Positions 47,378-58,668 of a stretch of 64,000 bases of DNA are shown here, piece by piece. The first letter of the stretch is position 1. Every line of letters starts with the position of its first letter. The notes below the pieces were generated by a model. That model made no database searches and was not told where the DNA came from. It saw only the letters and a program-made list of their open reading frames with translations. The stretch comes from an uncultured Desulfatitalea sp. GTDB taxonomy: Bacteria > Desulfobacterota > Desulfobacteria > Desulfobacterales > Desulfosarcinaceae. The position numbers were made by a program, and so were the translations under genes. The stretch lies in contig CAXXMB010000002.1 in NCBI GenBank assembly GCA_963668675.2, forward strand, positions 1,152,001 to 1,216,000, written 5' to 3'.

Positions 47378-47819
47378 CCTTGAATCGCCCGAGAGACGCG
47401 CATGACGAGGTCCGCCGGACGACTCTCAAGTATCGAAGGCTGGACAAGATCAGGGCCAGCCCGATGGCCGTATAGATCACCGACAAATAAGGTTTGGGAA
47501 TCGGTGAGTGGCGCAATGCCATTCCCATTGAAGCCATCACAGCGACGACGAGATAGCTCTTCCAGGTCATGAATGAAAAAAGGCATCGTTTGCCTTCCAT
47601 GGGCAGGATACGCGCTAAATTCTTATCGACCACCTTTAAAAATCCGAAATGATGAATCATCAGAGCGATGACGACGCCAATTCCGGCCCGGATCAGGGCG
47701 TCGTGAAGGTCAAGACGATGCAGCCACCCATACGCAAAACCCAACAGCATGGTCCCGACACAGATCCACATCAAGGCTGCCAAATATAAAAGCGCGCGCT
47801 TCCCGACTGCAGGCCTCAT
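47370..47819 (-). CDS. conserved-looking hypothetical membrane protein (4 TM)
   Basis: hydrophobic helices; W..VG.ML, KN..RI, C.FSF..WKSY, LR, Y.AIG.AL; start uncertain. Confidence 0.65.
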   Translation of the reverse strand: MRPAVGKRALLYLAALMWICVGTMLLGFAYGWLHRLDLHDALIRAGIGVVIALMIHHFGFLKVVDKNLARILPMEGKRCLFSFMTWKSYLVVAVMASMGMALRHSPIPKPYLSVIYTAIGLALILSSLRYLRVVRRTSSCASLGRFKVR

Positions 47820-47983
47820 TTTATCGATACGGTCACCCACCACCAGCTCCCTCAAAAGCATTATTGCATCCGCCGGCCATTTTGGGACCACCATACTGCC
47901 AATTCCGGGCACATTGCAAACAGTGCAGTCGGTTTTGGAACAATGGTGGAGCGCCAATCGACCAACCATTTCATGGTCAGTGG

Positions 47984-47997
47984 TTGATGTAAGTCAA
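47984..47997. promoter_or_regulatory. FNR/Crp-family box
   Basis: TTGAT-GTAA-GTCAA, one mismatch to TTGAT-N4-ATCAA, in a divergent intergenic region. Confidence 0.45.
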
Positions 47998-48190
47998 AGC
48001 GTCCTCACCTTTTCGGTGGTATTTTGGGATTAAGCGCTTATGGTGAAATAAGAACCAACTCAACTTTAAGGTTTCGCCAGGTTCACATACGGAGGCGCAC
48101 TTTACCGACTGGGATCACAGAATCATGATTCCCGATATGGGAGACGAAGCGTTAGCGTTAGCGACCTGACGGAAGGGACAAGGAGATATT

Positions 48191-48511
48191 ATGCTCAGAA
48201 AAATTGAGTTATTCAAAGAGAATGGTTTCAACGAAAAGGCATTGTCCAACTTTCTGGTGCACGAATCACCGCACATGAAAGTGATCAATTTTAACCTAAA
48301 AGCCGGGCAGGAACTTCCGGTGCACAGCCATGACATCGAGGGGCAGCTGTGCCTCTCGGTGCTTGAGGGCCGCGGGCAGTTCCTGGGCAAAACGGAGCAG
48401 GTCCTTCCGGCCGAAACCGGCGATGTGTTGATTTCCGACATCGCCGAACCCCACGGCGTTCGCGCCCAAACCGATATGCGCATTCTGGTCACGATAGCGC
48501 CGCCCATCTAA
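48191..48511 (+). CDS. cupin domain protein
   Basis: GQELPVHSH..VLEGRG..GD..EPHGV.A; AAGGAG RBS. Confidence 0.88.
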   Translation: MLRKIELFKENGFNEKALSNFLVHESPHMKVINFNLKAGQELPVHSHDIEGQLCLSVLEGRGQFLGKTEQVLPAETGDVLISDIAEPHGVRAQTDMRILVTIAPPI

Positions 48512-48530
48512 TGAGAAAAGAGACAACGCG

Positions 48531-48905
48531 ATGACGCTATTGGACGTGCGGCGCACCAATACCATCTTGTACTGCCGACGGTGGCAGGAAACGATTCGTT
48601 TCTACCGTGACGGATTGGAGTTGCCCGTTTCGCACGCCACCGATTGGCTGGTAGAATTCATGCTGACGGACCGGAGTTTCATCAGCCTCGCCGATGCAAC
48701 ACGGGCAACCATCCCAGCGGCCCGGGGTGCAGGCATAACCCTCTCATGGCTAGTGGATGATGCATACGAGATGCATCTGCGCGCAACCGCACGAGGGTGG
48801 AACCCTGGGCCGATCCAAACAAAATGGAATGCGAATGTGTTTTACTTCAACGATCCGGAGGGCCATCGAATAGAGCTTTGGTCGCCTCTCTTGGGAAAAA
48901 CCTAA
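48531..48905 (+). CDS. VOC/glyoxalase family protein
   Basis: RFYRDGL.L, VDD, W...FYFNDPEGHRIEL. Confidence 0.87.
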   Translation: MTLLDVRRTNTILYCRRWQETIRFYRDGLELPVSHATDWLVEFMLTDRSFISLADATRATIPAARGAGITLSWLVDDAYEMHLRATARGWNPGPIQTKWNANVFYFNDPEGHRIELWSPLLGKT

Positions 48906-48913
48906 AAATTATC

Positions 48914-49714
48914 TCATGCAAGCGTTATATCGCCGTAGAGTCTCCTGGTGTTCTCCCACAACTGGGCTGCGACACGCTCCTCTTCGACCCCCTTGAGCTG
49001 CGCAATGGCTTGGACAACCAGCCCAATATTGGCCGGTTCGTTGCGCTCGGAAGGCAACGGGCCCAGCACAGGGCTGTCGGTTTCAGCGAGCAGGGAAGCG
49101 AGGGGCAGTTGTTTCACCAACTTTTGCTTCTGGCGGGAGCGGACGACTGATGGCGGAATCGAAAAGAGAAACCCTGCTGCCACCCCCGGCAAGGCGGCAC
49201 TGGCTTTACCGTCAAAGGCGTGCATTTGGACCCTATTGGCACCCGATTCAAGCAGCATCGTGACGGCATGCCGACCGGCCGAACGGGAATGAACATTCAA
49301 CGGCAGATCCAGCTCCTTGGACAGATCGATAAACATTTTGAAGATCCCTCGCTGCACCTCTTTCAGCGCAGCCTCCTGAACCGCCCAGAAATCCAGCCCC
49401 ACTTCACCGATGGCCACCAGATTCGTATGGTGCCGACGAATAAAACCAACCATCTCGTGCGCCTGGGTCCAATCGAGATGGGTGGGATAGAGACCGGCTG
49501 CCACCTTGAGCATCGGGTGTGCCCGGGACAACGTCATGTTCTTGCGGGCGTCGGCCAAATCTTCGCCCACGGCGACCACCGCTGCGATACCTTCGCGCCG
49601 CGCCCGCTCCAGGACGGCACCCCGGTCTTGATCAAATCCAGGATCACACATATGGGCATGGACATCCACCAAACGCAATCCCATCAATGAAAGGTCTTGC
49701 GGTCTATGTTTCAA
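48914..49714 (-). CDS. TatD family hydrolase (TATDN3-like)
   Basis: DVHAH, AIGEVGLD, NVHSR, HAFDG, ETDSP, RNEP; start probably TTG after GAGGAGG. Confidence 0.9.
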   Translation of the reverse strand: MKHRPQDLSLMGLRLVDVHAHMCDPGFDQDRGAVLERARREGIAAVVAVGEDLADARKNMTLSRAHPMLKVAAGLYPTHLDWTQAHEMVGFIRRHHTNLVAIGEVGLDFWAVQEAALKEVQRGIFKMFIDLSKELDLPLNVHSRSAGRHAVTMLLESGANRVQMHAFDGKASAALPGVAAGFLFSIPPSVVRSRQKQKLVKQLPLASLLAETDSPVLGPLPSERNEPANIGLVVQAIAQLKGVEEERVAAQLWENTRRLYGDITLA

Positions 49715-49807
49715 AACAGCCTCCTCTATTTCATGCCCCATTTACACAGCCCCAGAGTGGCCGCAAGCTCAGACACGCCACCTCGTATTTCCAATCCTTC
49801 CGCTTAG

Positions 49808-49824
49808 CGTCCGATTCTTTTACA
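49808..49824 (+). promoter_or_regulatory. candidate bEBP upstream activator site
   Basis: CGTCCGATTCTTTTACA, similar to the box at 15353-15369 and at a similar distance from a sigma54 site. Confidence 0.45.
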
Positions 49825-49926
49825 CACCGGATACATATCCAACACATGCCGATCACCGCTATGCGCGTATTGTAGAATAATTTATGTATAAACAAATAAA
49901 TAGCAATATCTTCCAGGGGGCGGCAT

Positions 49927-49941
49927 TGGCATGACCGTTGC
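49927..49941 (+). promoter_or_regulatory. sigma54 (-24/-12) promoter
   Basis: TGGCATGACCGTTGC, preceded by an AT-rich tract. Confidence 0.8.
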
Positions 49942-50037
49942 TTTTTCCATAATGGCGTTCTGTCGATTTTTGGCAAACCCATTTCTGACGGGTCACATCC
50001 GCCGCAATTTTCCAAACAGATGAAAGAGGAGTCAGCC

Positions 50038-50532
50038 ATGCAATCCTCCCCAAAAGCTGCAATGGGCATTTTAACGGCCGACCCCGATGCCCCGGGACTG
50101 AAGCCCTGCATTCAACAACTGGTGGCTCGCGCTGATCTCATCGGCATGCACGTCTATTGGATTCGTGAGGGGTGGGGCGGGCTGTTATCTTTCACGTCCA
50201 CGTCCGCGGGTAAAGGCATCCCGCCGTTCATCTCCCTGAATTCGATAGGCGACCGAAAGCGTCATCGTTTCAGCAATGCCTGCTTGCATCAACCCCGGGC
50301 CAGCCAACGCAACAAAGCCCTCTATCCACGCACCGCTTCCTCCACCTCACAGGGAAAGACAAAGTCGAAGGTTAAAAAGGGCTTTACTGAAAGGGTCAAG
50401 GAAGTACTGGACATGCTCGGTATCGAAGTATTGGTCGCCATCGGCGGAGACGAGACACTCTCTTTAGCACTCCAAATGGACCGGGCGGGCTTTCCGGTGG
50501 TCGCCATCCCCAAACCGTGGTCGGCCGCATAA
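50038..50532 (+). pseudogene. N-terminal half of a phosphofructokinase, degenerate (pseudogene or non-catalytic protein)
   Basis: aligns by eye to 13602-14771 (GILT..D.PGL.PCI.QLV.RA..GW.GLL..IGGD.TLS.A..GFPV.AIPK), ends just after PK; AAGAGGAG RBS intact. Confidence 0.75.
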
Positions 50533-50547
50533 CAGAATGGATAGAGG

Positions 50548-52701
50548 ATGATATCTAATAGCAACCCGTTTAAGCATCTTCCAGACCGGATATCCGGTCT
50601 GGGACTGCTGGCCGAAAACCTTTGGTGGAGCTGGCGTCCGCAGGCGCGCATGCTCTTCAAGGCGCTGAACCGGCAGGCGTGGAAAGAGAGCGGACACAAC
50701 CCGGACAAAATGTTGCGTGAGCTCTCCCCGGATATCCTCCAGGAAGCATCACAGGACCGGGACTATTTAAGACGCTACGATGTGGTGATGTCTCTGTTCA
50801 ACAACTACATGTCCCGCCGCGACATATCGATTCTCAATGGAGCCCTGGAGCAGGGAGAGACCGCCCTGGCCTACTTCTCCGCCGAATACGGCCTGCATCG
50901 TTCCCTTCCCTTTTACGCTGGTGGTCTCGGGTTCTTGGCCGGGGATTATGTCAAGGAGTGCAGCGACCTGAACATTCCAATGGTGGCGGTAGGCTTCATG
51001 TACCCCAAAGGCTACATGATCCAGAAAATTCGTGAGGATGGTTGGCAGGAGCAGTACGACGAGCCGTTCAATCGGGAGGCGGCGGCCATCTCACGCGTAT
51101 TGAACCCGGACGGCACTCAGTTTGTCGTCCAGGTACCACGCATCGATCCGCCCATCTATACGGCTGTCTGGCAGACCGCCGTCGGCACGAACACCATCTA
51201 TCTTATGGATACCGATATCGACCAGAATGATCCCTGGAACCGCTCCATCTCAGCTCGGCTTTACATCGGAGACCTCGAGCAGCGGCTGCGCCAGGAGATC
51301 GTACTGGGAATCGGTGGCGCAGAAGTGCTTGAAAAATTAGGCATCCGGTACCGTTTGATTCATCTCAACGAAGGGCATGCCGCATTTGCCCTGCTCGAAC
51401 GAATTCGGGATCATATGATTGCCGGCCGAACCTTCGAAGAGGGCCTCGCCGTCGTGAAGGCAACGACCGTTTTTACCACCCACACGCCGGTTGCGGCCGG
51501 ACACGACGTTTTTCCGTTTCATTTGATCGAGAAATATTTTCACCCCTATTGGTCGGAACTGGGCTTGGACCGCGACCGTTTCTTTCAACTCGGACTGCAC
51601 CCGCAAAAACCACTGGACGGATTCAACATGACCGTTCTGGCACTCACCGCATCGGCATACCGAAATGGGGTCAGTCAAAAGCATGCCGAAGTGGCCAGAG
51701 AGATGTGGCAGCCCCTGTGGCCCGACTGTTCGGAAGCGGCGGTGCCCATCGACGCCATAACCAATGGCGTTCATGTGCCCACTTGGGTCGAGCCGAAGAT
51801 GAAAATGCTCTTCGATCAATACCTGGGGCCAGGATGGCGCGAAGATCATGACAATCCCGTGGTGTGGGAGATGGTGGAAAAAATTCCCGACAAGGAGTTG
51901 TGGCAACTCCACTACTGGCTGAAAATCAAGCTCCTGGACGCCATCCGGGACCGCTGCCGGCAACGATGGACCAATGATCGAGCCAGCCCCTCGATTCTGA
52001 TGGCTGGCGGAGCCATGCTGGACCCCTCGATTCTCACCATCGGATTCGCCCGGCGGTTTGCCACTTACAAGCGGGCAAATCTGATCCTGCACGACCTGCC
52101 GCGCATCAAGCGCCTGCTCAACGATCGCTGGCGCCCCATTCAGATCATTTTTGCCGGCAAGGCCCATCCAGCTGACGATCCGGGCAAGCGCATTCTGCAG
52201 CGCATCTTCAATGCCTGCCGCGATCCCGAGATGGGCGGCCGATTGGCCTTCGTGGAAGACTATGGTGAACAGATGGCCCAGTACATGGTGCATGGCGTCG
52301 ATGTGTGGCTCAACAACCCACTGCCGCCCATGGAGGCCAGCGGCACTAGCGGGATGAAGGCCGCATTGAATGGCGTCCCCCAGTTGAGCATCCTGGATGG
52401 CTGGTGGATCGAGGGGTACAATCGCAAGAACGGCTGGGCCTTTGACGGCCGCGTTGATAGCGACGATCGCGACGCGACGGATGCCCAAGCCATCTACCAG
52501 CTGCTCGAGAACGAGATCATCCCCCTATACTACCGCATGTCCGATGACGGTTTTCCCAGGGGTTGGGTTCAGGTCATGAAAGAGGCGATCCGCAGCAATG
52601 CGGCACAATTCTCTGCCCGACGGATGGTGAAGGAATACCTGAAGCGGTACTATTCCGATGCTTTGCTCAACTCAAAATCGCAAAAAAAGGCCGCCTCCTG
52701 A
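50548..52701 (+). CDS. glgP: alpha-glucan (glycogen) phosphorylase
   Basis: YFSAEYG..YAGGLG.LAGD, HLNEGH, FTTHTP, ITNGVH, FARRFATYKR, AGKAHP, EASGTSGMKA. Confidence 0.95.
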   Translation: MISNSNPFKHLPDRISGLGLLAENLWWSWRPQARMLFKALNRQAWKESGHNPDKMLRELSPDILQEASQDRDYLRRYDVVMSLFNNYMSRRDISILNGALEQGETALAYFSAEYGLHRSLPFYAGGLGFLAGDYVKECSDLNIPMVAVGFMYPKGYMIQKIREDGWQEQYDEPFNREAAAISRVLNPDGTQFVVQVPRIDPPIYTAVWQTAVGTNTIYLMDTDIDQNDPWNRSISARLYIGDLEQRLRQEIVLGIGGAEVLEKLGIRYRLIHLNEGHAAFALLERIRDHMIAGRTFEEGLAVVKATTVFTTHTPVAAGHDVFPFHLIEKYFHPYWSELGLDRDRFFQLGLHPQKPLDGFNMTVLALTASAYRNGVSQKHAEVAREMWQPLWPDCSEAAVPIDAITNGVHVPTWVEPKMKMLFDQYLGPGWREDHDNPVVWEMVEKIPDKELWQLHYWLKIKLLDAIRDRCRQRWTNDRASPSILMAGGAMLDPSILTIGFARRFATYKRANLILHDLPRIKRLLNDRWRPIQIIFAGKAHPADDPGKRILQRIFNACRDPEMGGRLAFVEDYGEQMAQYMVHGVDVWLNNPLPPMEASGTSGMKAALNGVPQLSILDGWWIEGYNRKNGWAFDGRVDSDDRDATDAQAIYQLLENEIIPLYYRMSDDGFPRGWVQVMKEAIRSNAAQFSARRMVKEYLKRYYSDALLNSKSQKKAAS

Positions 52702-52820
52702 TGGGAGAACGTCAGCCCGAAGCCCTCGAACGCACGACCGTTTCGCAGACCTCAACGAAGAGAAGCAGGATGGTCTGTTGGCGGTATCGGCCAGATGCAA
52801 TTGCATCGATCACTCAGTAT

Positions 52821-53381
52821 CTATTCGCTTTTCTCCTGATTCTCGGCATCCTCTGTCGTCTCCTCGGGGGTATCGGTCGATTCGGACGCGGTTGCGTCCT
52901 CTTGGTCTGACGCCGTCGCTTGGCCCGGCATGCGACCCGACATACGATCACGTGTGCGGATGGGGTTTCGGGAGGATTCATATCCAGGGGCAGAATCTTC
53001 GCCGGGGTGCAGCGCCGCCTGACCGAAAATGGCGATCCTGATTTCATCCGCGGATTCGTAAACAATCACGTGATTTAGATTGGCAAGGATCCGTTTCAAG
53101 CCAACAGTTAGCGGCAGGTCTTGAAAGGCGATTTTGACAGGATGGGACCGCCAGCGATCTTCGATAATAAAGGTGTAGGCTGTCTCACGGGAGATTTTCC
53201 CAAAAACGTCGCCGAGGGGTTCATTTTGGGCATCGACGGAAATCAGTGGTTCGGTCTCTGCCGGCTGTTCCGCCATTGAGAACGGCACCCACACGAAAAC
53301 AAGCATCAACACCCCCCACAAGCAAAGTGGGTGTATGGTCGACCGTACGAACCCTTTGTATTGAAAGGTGCTGTGCCACAT
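52821..53381 (-). CDS. exported protein with an STN/secretin-N-like domain and acidic tail
   Basis: hydrophobic leader; ISVDAQNEPL.DV..ISRET.Y.F.I..V.I.F..LPL..GL.RIL; E/D/T-rich C-terminus; start moved downstream of the sigma54 site. Confidence 0.6.
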   Translation of the reverse strand: MWHSTFQYKGFVRSTIHPLCLWGVLMLVFVWVPFSMAEQPAETEPLISVDAQNEPLGDVFGKISRETAYTFIIEDRWRSHPVKIAFQDLPLTVGLKRILANLNHVIVYESADEIRIAIFGQAALHPGEDSAPGYESSRNPIRTRDRMSGRMPGQATASDQEDATASESTDTPEETTEDAENQEKSE

Positions 53382-53445
53382 GAGCCGATTCCTTTGTGCC
53401 AAAACCATCTTTGCAGCCCTACCCTGCGCCGGGTAAGCATATGAA

Positions 53446-53460
53446 GCACAGTTCGTGCCA
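53446..53460 (-). promoter_or_regulatory. sigma54 promoter
   Basis: TGGCACGAACTGTGC (GG-N10-GC). Confidence 0.65.
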
Positions 53461-53506
53461 GTCGTTTCGATCTGCACACGTTGCGCCGATTGCCAAAGCG
53501 GAAGTA

Positions 53507-53537
53507 AAAAAAGGGCGGGGGCGACGTCACCCCCCTA
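53507..53537 (-). terminator. intrinsic terminator
   Basis: minus-strand GC-rich imperfect stem followed by a T-tract. Confidence 0.5.
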
Positions 53538-53743
53538 AGCAACTCAAAGCGGACCTCTTATGTGAGGTGGTCGTCGAGGTACCCGAAAGTCGATATCGGG
53601 GTCATGTGGGGCATGGCCCACTTGATCTATCTTTGGGGCGGTGCGGAACCAATTGTTCGTATTTTACCACAAACAGGAACTCATGGTTCTTGTTCAAGCG
53701 CAGCCCCTTCGGTCACGGGTCAGGAAAATATGTACCGCCGTCC

Positions 53744-54892
53744 TCACACCTTGGGGAGAGAGGCCATATGCGCAGTTCTGGGCCACTTGATGTGGGACAA
53801 ACGATAAAAGAGTGTCTCCAGCGGCCCACGCCGGAAACGGCGACACCAGAGGAGTGCGAAGCAAATCCCGGCAATGGCAAAGACGCCTGCCGAGACAACC
53901 ATTTGGAACGGGCCTACCTTGGTGCCGAAACTCTCGATCCAGGAGGTGACCCCAAATCCCCACAGCAGGTGGGCGACATACATCGTCAGGGACAGTTTCC
54001 CAAACTGTGACAGGGGCTTGAGAAGGCATGCGAATGACGGATGCTCCGCGACCAATCGGCACAAGCTGATGAGGGCCAGGGCGCTGGCCGCCGAGGATAT
54101 GACGAAAAGCGGCGTCACCGGAAAAGCCTCGCTGCGCAGGAAAGTCAGCCACCAACAGCCTTCGATCTCCATGTCGCGCCGTTGCACCCACGTCAGCATG
54201 CTACCGGAAAACACCTCAATGACAAGACAGGAGACAGCGCTGACGAGCAGAAGACGTCTATGGACGGAGCGGCCGGTCGGTTCGCGCCGACCGAGCAGCA
54301 TTCCCATTACGAAATAGCCAAACCATGGGAAAAAAGGATAGTAGCAACCTAACAGGTAGTCGGCCGCCAGGCGGAGACCCAAGCCATGTCCATCAAAAAA
54401 CGCAATAGGGTCCGCCCCATCATAGGCGACAGTCAATCCGGCACAGACGGGAAGAGAGATCAGTCCGATGATGATCCCAAGCCGGTATAACCTGCAACCG
54501 GGCCACGCTATCAAACAAGCGCCCAAAGCCATGTAGGCGGCATAGAAATGCAGAATATCTGCCGCCCACCAATGCCATAACGCCATGCCGATCACGAACA
54601 GCAGTAAACTGCGCGCCAAAAGGAATCGACGCATCTCGTCAGGCGATTTGCCTGCAGAAAGAAGCGAGATGGACACACCGGCCAAGATAACAAAAACCGT
54701 CGCCGCTCTGCCGAAGAGAAAGTCGATTGATCGATTAAGCCACAGAGGGGAGAAGGTACCGATCTGCATTAACGCCGTATAGTTAACAACGATCATGACC
54801 ATAACGGCTACCGCGCGGGCCAGGTCGAAACCTTCTATCCGCGGCCGGTCCATTGCCCATAAGACGCCCTGATCACAACTCTTTATGGCCAT
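53744..54892 (-). CDS. DUF418/DUF1624 family membrane acyltransferase-like protein
   Basis: RIEGFDLARA.A..M..VN, F..LAG.S, DILH.Y, YPFFPW..Y..G, G.LSLT.Y.AH, RGPLE. Confidence 0.8.
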   Translation of the reverse strand: MAIKSCDQGVLWAMDRPRIEGFDLARAVAVMVMIVVNYTALMQIGTFSPLWLNRSIDFLFGRAATVFVILAGVSISLLSAGKSPDEMRRFLLARSLLLFVIGMALWHWWAADILHFYAAYMALGACLIAWPGCRLYRLGIIIGLISLPVCAGLTVAYDGADPIAFFDGHGLGLRLAADYLLGCYYPFFPWFGYFVMGMLLGRREPTGRSVHRRLLLVSAVSCLVIEVFSGSMLTWVQRRDMEIEGCWWLTFLRSEAFPVTPLFVISSAASALALISLCRLVAEHPSFACLLKPLSQFGKLSLTMYVAHLLWGFGVTSWIESFGTKVGPFQMVVSAGVFAIAGICFALLWCRRFRRGPLETLFYRLSHIKWPRTAHMASLPKV

Positions 54893-54948
54893 AGGGCACT
54901 CACTCCTCTACGGCATGCCATGCTTCCCGTAAAATCAAATCAACCGCA

Positions 54949-54963
54949 GCAAGGAGAATGCCA
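54949..54963 (-). promoter_or_regulatory. sigma54 promoter
   Basis: TGGCATTCTCCTTGC (GG-N10-GC) next to an AT-rich tract. Confidence 0.75.
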
Positions 54964-55433
54964 AAAGCTTTAATCTGCTGTATATTTAACGAATATTTAT
55001 TTTTGAAGGATCTGCAAAACCGGAGGTGCGGATCTGTGGGTTCTGGAAAGCAAACCGACTCAAGGTTGAAAATGGCAGCTTATCCATACCCCCTCTTTTG
55101 TTGGGAACACGCCCCATTGACACGCCAAAATGGGTGTTTAAAATTTCGCCGTAATGCTGAGAAAGAGTGGATGAAAAATCGACATCTTATCCGAACAACT
55201 TACCATCTTGAGGTTTGCGATGAAGCGAACGACTCCATTTCATTGCAATTGCGATTTGATCTCAGGCCTGCTGTTGCGCTTTTCCCCCCATGATCAATCG
55301 AAAATCGTCAGCCCCCCCGAGATGTTCCATGACGGGTAGCAGTACGGCATTCCCATCCAAAACCGTTTGCACCTGCCGGCCGCGGCACCGATATCAACTA
55401 AACCCATAATGATTGCATGTGGAGGTATGCCAA

Positions 55434-55550
55434 ATGAAAATCAAACCCATCAACGATCGTGTCCTGGTTCTGCGGGTAGAGTAGGAGCAAAAGACCGCAG
55501 GCGGTATCATTTTTATGCGCGAAGACGACATTTTGAGCGTATGGGAATAG
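55434..55550 (+). pseudogene. groES: groES remnant (internal deletion plus amber stop)
   Basis: GGAGG RBS then MKIKPINDRVLVLRVE*EQKTAGGIIF/MREDDILSVWE*: GroES N- and C-termini joined. Confidence 0.9.
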
Positions 55551-55608
55551 AACGCCATGGACTTAACCGGTTCAACAGCGTCTTTTTTGTAAAGAATGGA
55601 GGAGATAA

Positions 55609-57237
<1,629 letters not shown>

Positions 57238-57347
57238 CTCAATATTCAGGTTTCGCAACATCTACATCCGGAGGCGAGCACAATGAGTGGTTTGCATCTC
57301 GTCAGGGTTCCATTTTAGGGTCGCTCAACTGCAGTGGAGGATCAGCG

Positions 57348-57382
57348 GCGCCTGTCTCGAGAGCGAGGCAGGCGCTTTTTTA
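57348..57382 (+). terminator. intrinsic terminator after groEL
   Basis: gcgcctgtctcg-agag-cgaggcaggcgc followed by T7. Confidence 0.85.
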
Positions 57383-57468
57383 TTCCTATCGGTAAGCCCC
57401 CAGGTGGTCGCGGTTACACCGATTTTACTTCCTGCAAAAATGCACAAAGGCACCATTAAATGTCGACC

Positions 57469-57497
57469 TTGCACTTTCAAGGGAAGGGGAGTAACCT
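57469..57497 (+). promoter_or_regulatory. candidate sigma70 promoter for the ABC exporter operon
   Basis: TTGCAC-N17-TAACCT. Confidence 0.4.
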
Positions 57498-57606
57498 GAC
57501 AAATTCGTACATGTGGATGTGCAATCGGCTCCAGATCTGGAGACCGCAGGCCTCACCATGAAAATCCATAGCGGCGCGTGCCAGGCAAATACAAGGAAGC
57601 AGACGC

Positions 57607-58668
57607 ATGAGGGGAAAGATCAAAGTTGCGATTGCGGTGCTCATCATCGTTGCGGCAGGGGCTGCTGCAACCAGATGGTTTTTGAAAGAAAAGCAGCATC
57701 CGGCCGACTATCCCGTAACGCTTTTTGGAAATATTGATATCCGTACAGCCGACCTTGGCTTCAGCGAACAGGAGCGCCTTTCCCACGTATTCGTGAAAGA
57801 AGGGCAGCGCGTCGAAGCCGGCCAACCCTTGGCCAGCATGGACACACGCCGTATCAAAGCTCAGCTGAATCAGATACAAGCCCAAATTGCTGCTCAGCAG
57901 GAAGTCGTAAAACGCCTGGAAGCGGGCAGCCGACCCCAGGAAATCGAACAGGCTCAAGCAGAGGTCGAGGCCGCCAAGGCCCGCGTTCAAAACGCCACGC
58001 AGAGCTTCAAACGCTTGAAAACCACTTCGCAGGCAGGAGTGACCAGTGCGCAAGTCCTGGATGATGCCAGGGCCCAGCTCGATGTTGACAAGGCACAGTT
58101 AAGGGTGAAAGAAACGGCGCTTGCTCTCGCCTTGGCCGGTCCCCGTCAGGAGGATATCCAAGCATCCCGCAACACCTTGAAAGCCCTGGAAGCATCAAAA
58201 TCCCTTATAGAGGTGCGCATGGAAGACATGACGCTCTATGCGCCAACGACGGGTATGGTACAGAGCCGCATCCTCGAACCAGGAGAGATGGCGAGCCCCA
58301 ATCGCCCTGTGGTGACACTGGCCTTGACAGATCCCAAATGGGTCAGGACGTATGTTCCCGAACCCAAACTCGCACTCGTAAAGCCTGGCCAAAAAGCGAC
58401 CATATCGATTGATTCCTTTCCCGGGCGCCGTTTCGAAGGCTGGGTCGGCTTTATCTCACCCGTCGCGGAATTTACCCCCAAATCAGTTGAAACTGAAGAT
58501 TTGAGAACCCATCTGGTCTATGAAACCCGGATCTTTTTGCATGATCCCGAGGATCTTATGCGCCTGGGCATGCCGGTCAGCGTGATGGTCGAATCCACCC
58601 TATCGAACGAAACGTCTCTCGGAGATTCACCTCACGCCCAAACCCCATCCCAACAACTCAACGAGTGA
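57607..58668 (+). CDS. HlyD-family periplasmic adaptor (YbhG-like)
   Basis: LFGNIDIR, V.EG..V.AGQ, AG.R.QEI repeats, WVR.YV.E, ISP.AEFTPKSVET.DLRT.LVY. Confidence 0.92.
   Translation: MRGKIKVAIAVLIIVAAGAAATRWFLKEKQHPADYPVTLFGNIDIRTADLGFSEQERLSHVFVKEGQRVEAGQPLASMDTRRIKAQLNQIQAQIAAQQEVVKRLEAGSRPQEIEQAQAEVEAAKARVQNATQSFKRLKTTSQAGVTSAQVLDDARAQLDVDKAQLRVKETALALALAGPRQEDIQASRNTLKALEASKSLIEVRMEDMTLYAPTTGMVQSRILEPGEMASPNRPVVTLALTDPKWVRTYVPEPKLALVKPGQKATISIDSFPGRRFEGWVGFISPVAEFTPKSVETEDLRTHLVYETRIFLHDPEDLMRLGMPVSVMVESTLSNETSLGDSPHAQTPSQQLNE

Noticed and set aside
50464..50472. CIRCE half-site TTAGCACTC
   Set aside because: No second arm, lies inside a coding remnant and is far from groEL
54958..55293. 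111-aa ORF upstream of the groES remnant
   Set aside because: Overlaps a sigma54 site and AT-rich regulatory DNA; no recognisable domain
55482..55484. In-frame TAG in groES as pyrrolysine or read-through
   Set aside because: The gene also lacks most of its core, so decay is the simpler explanation
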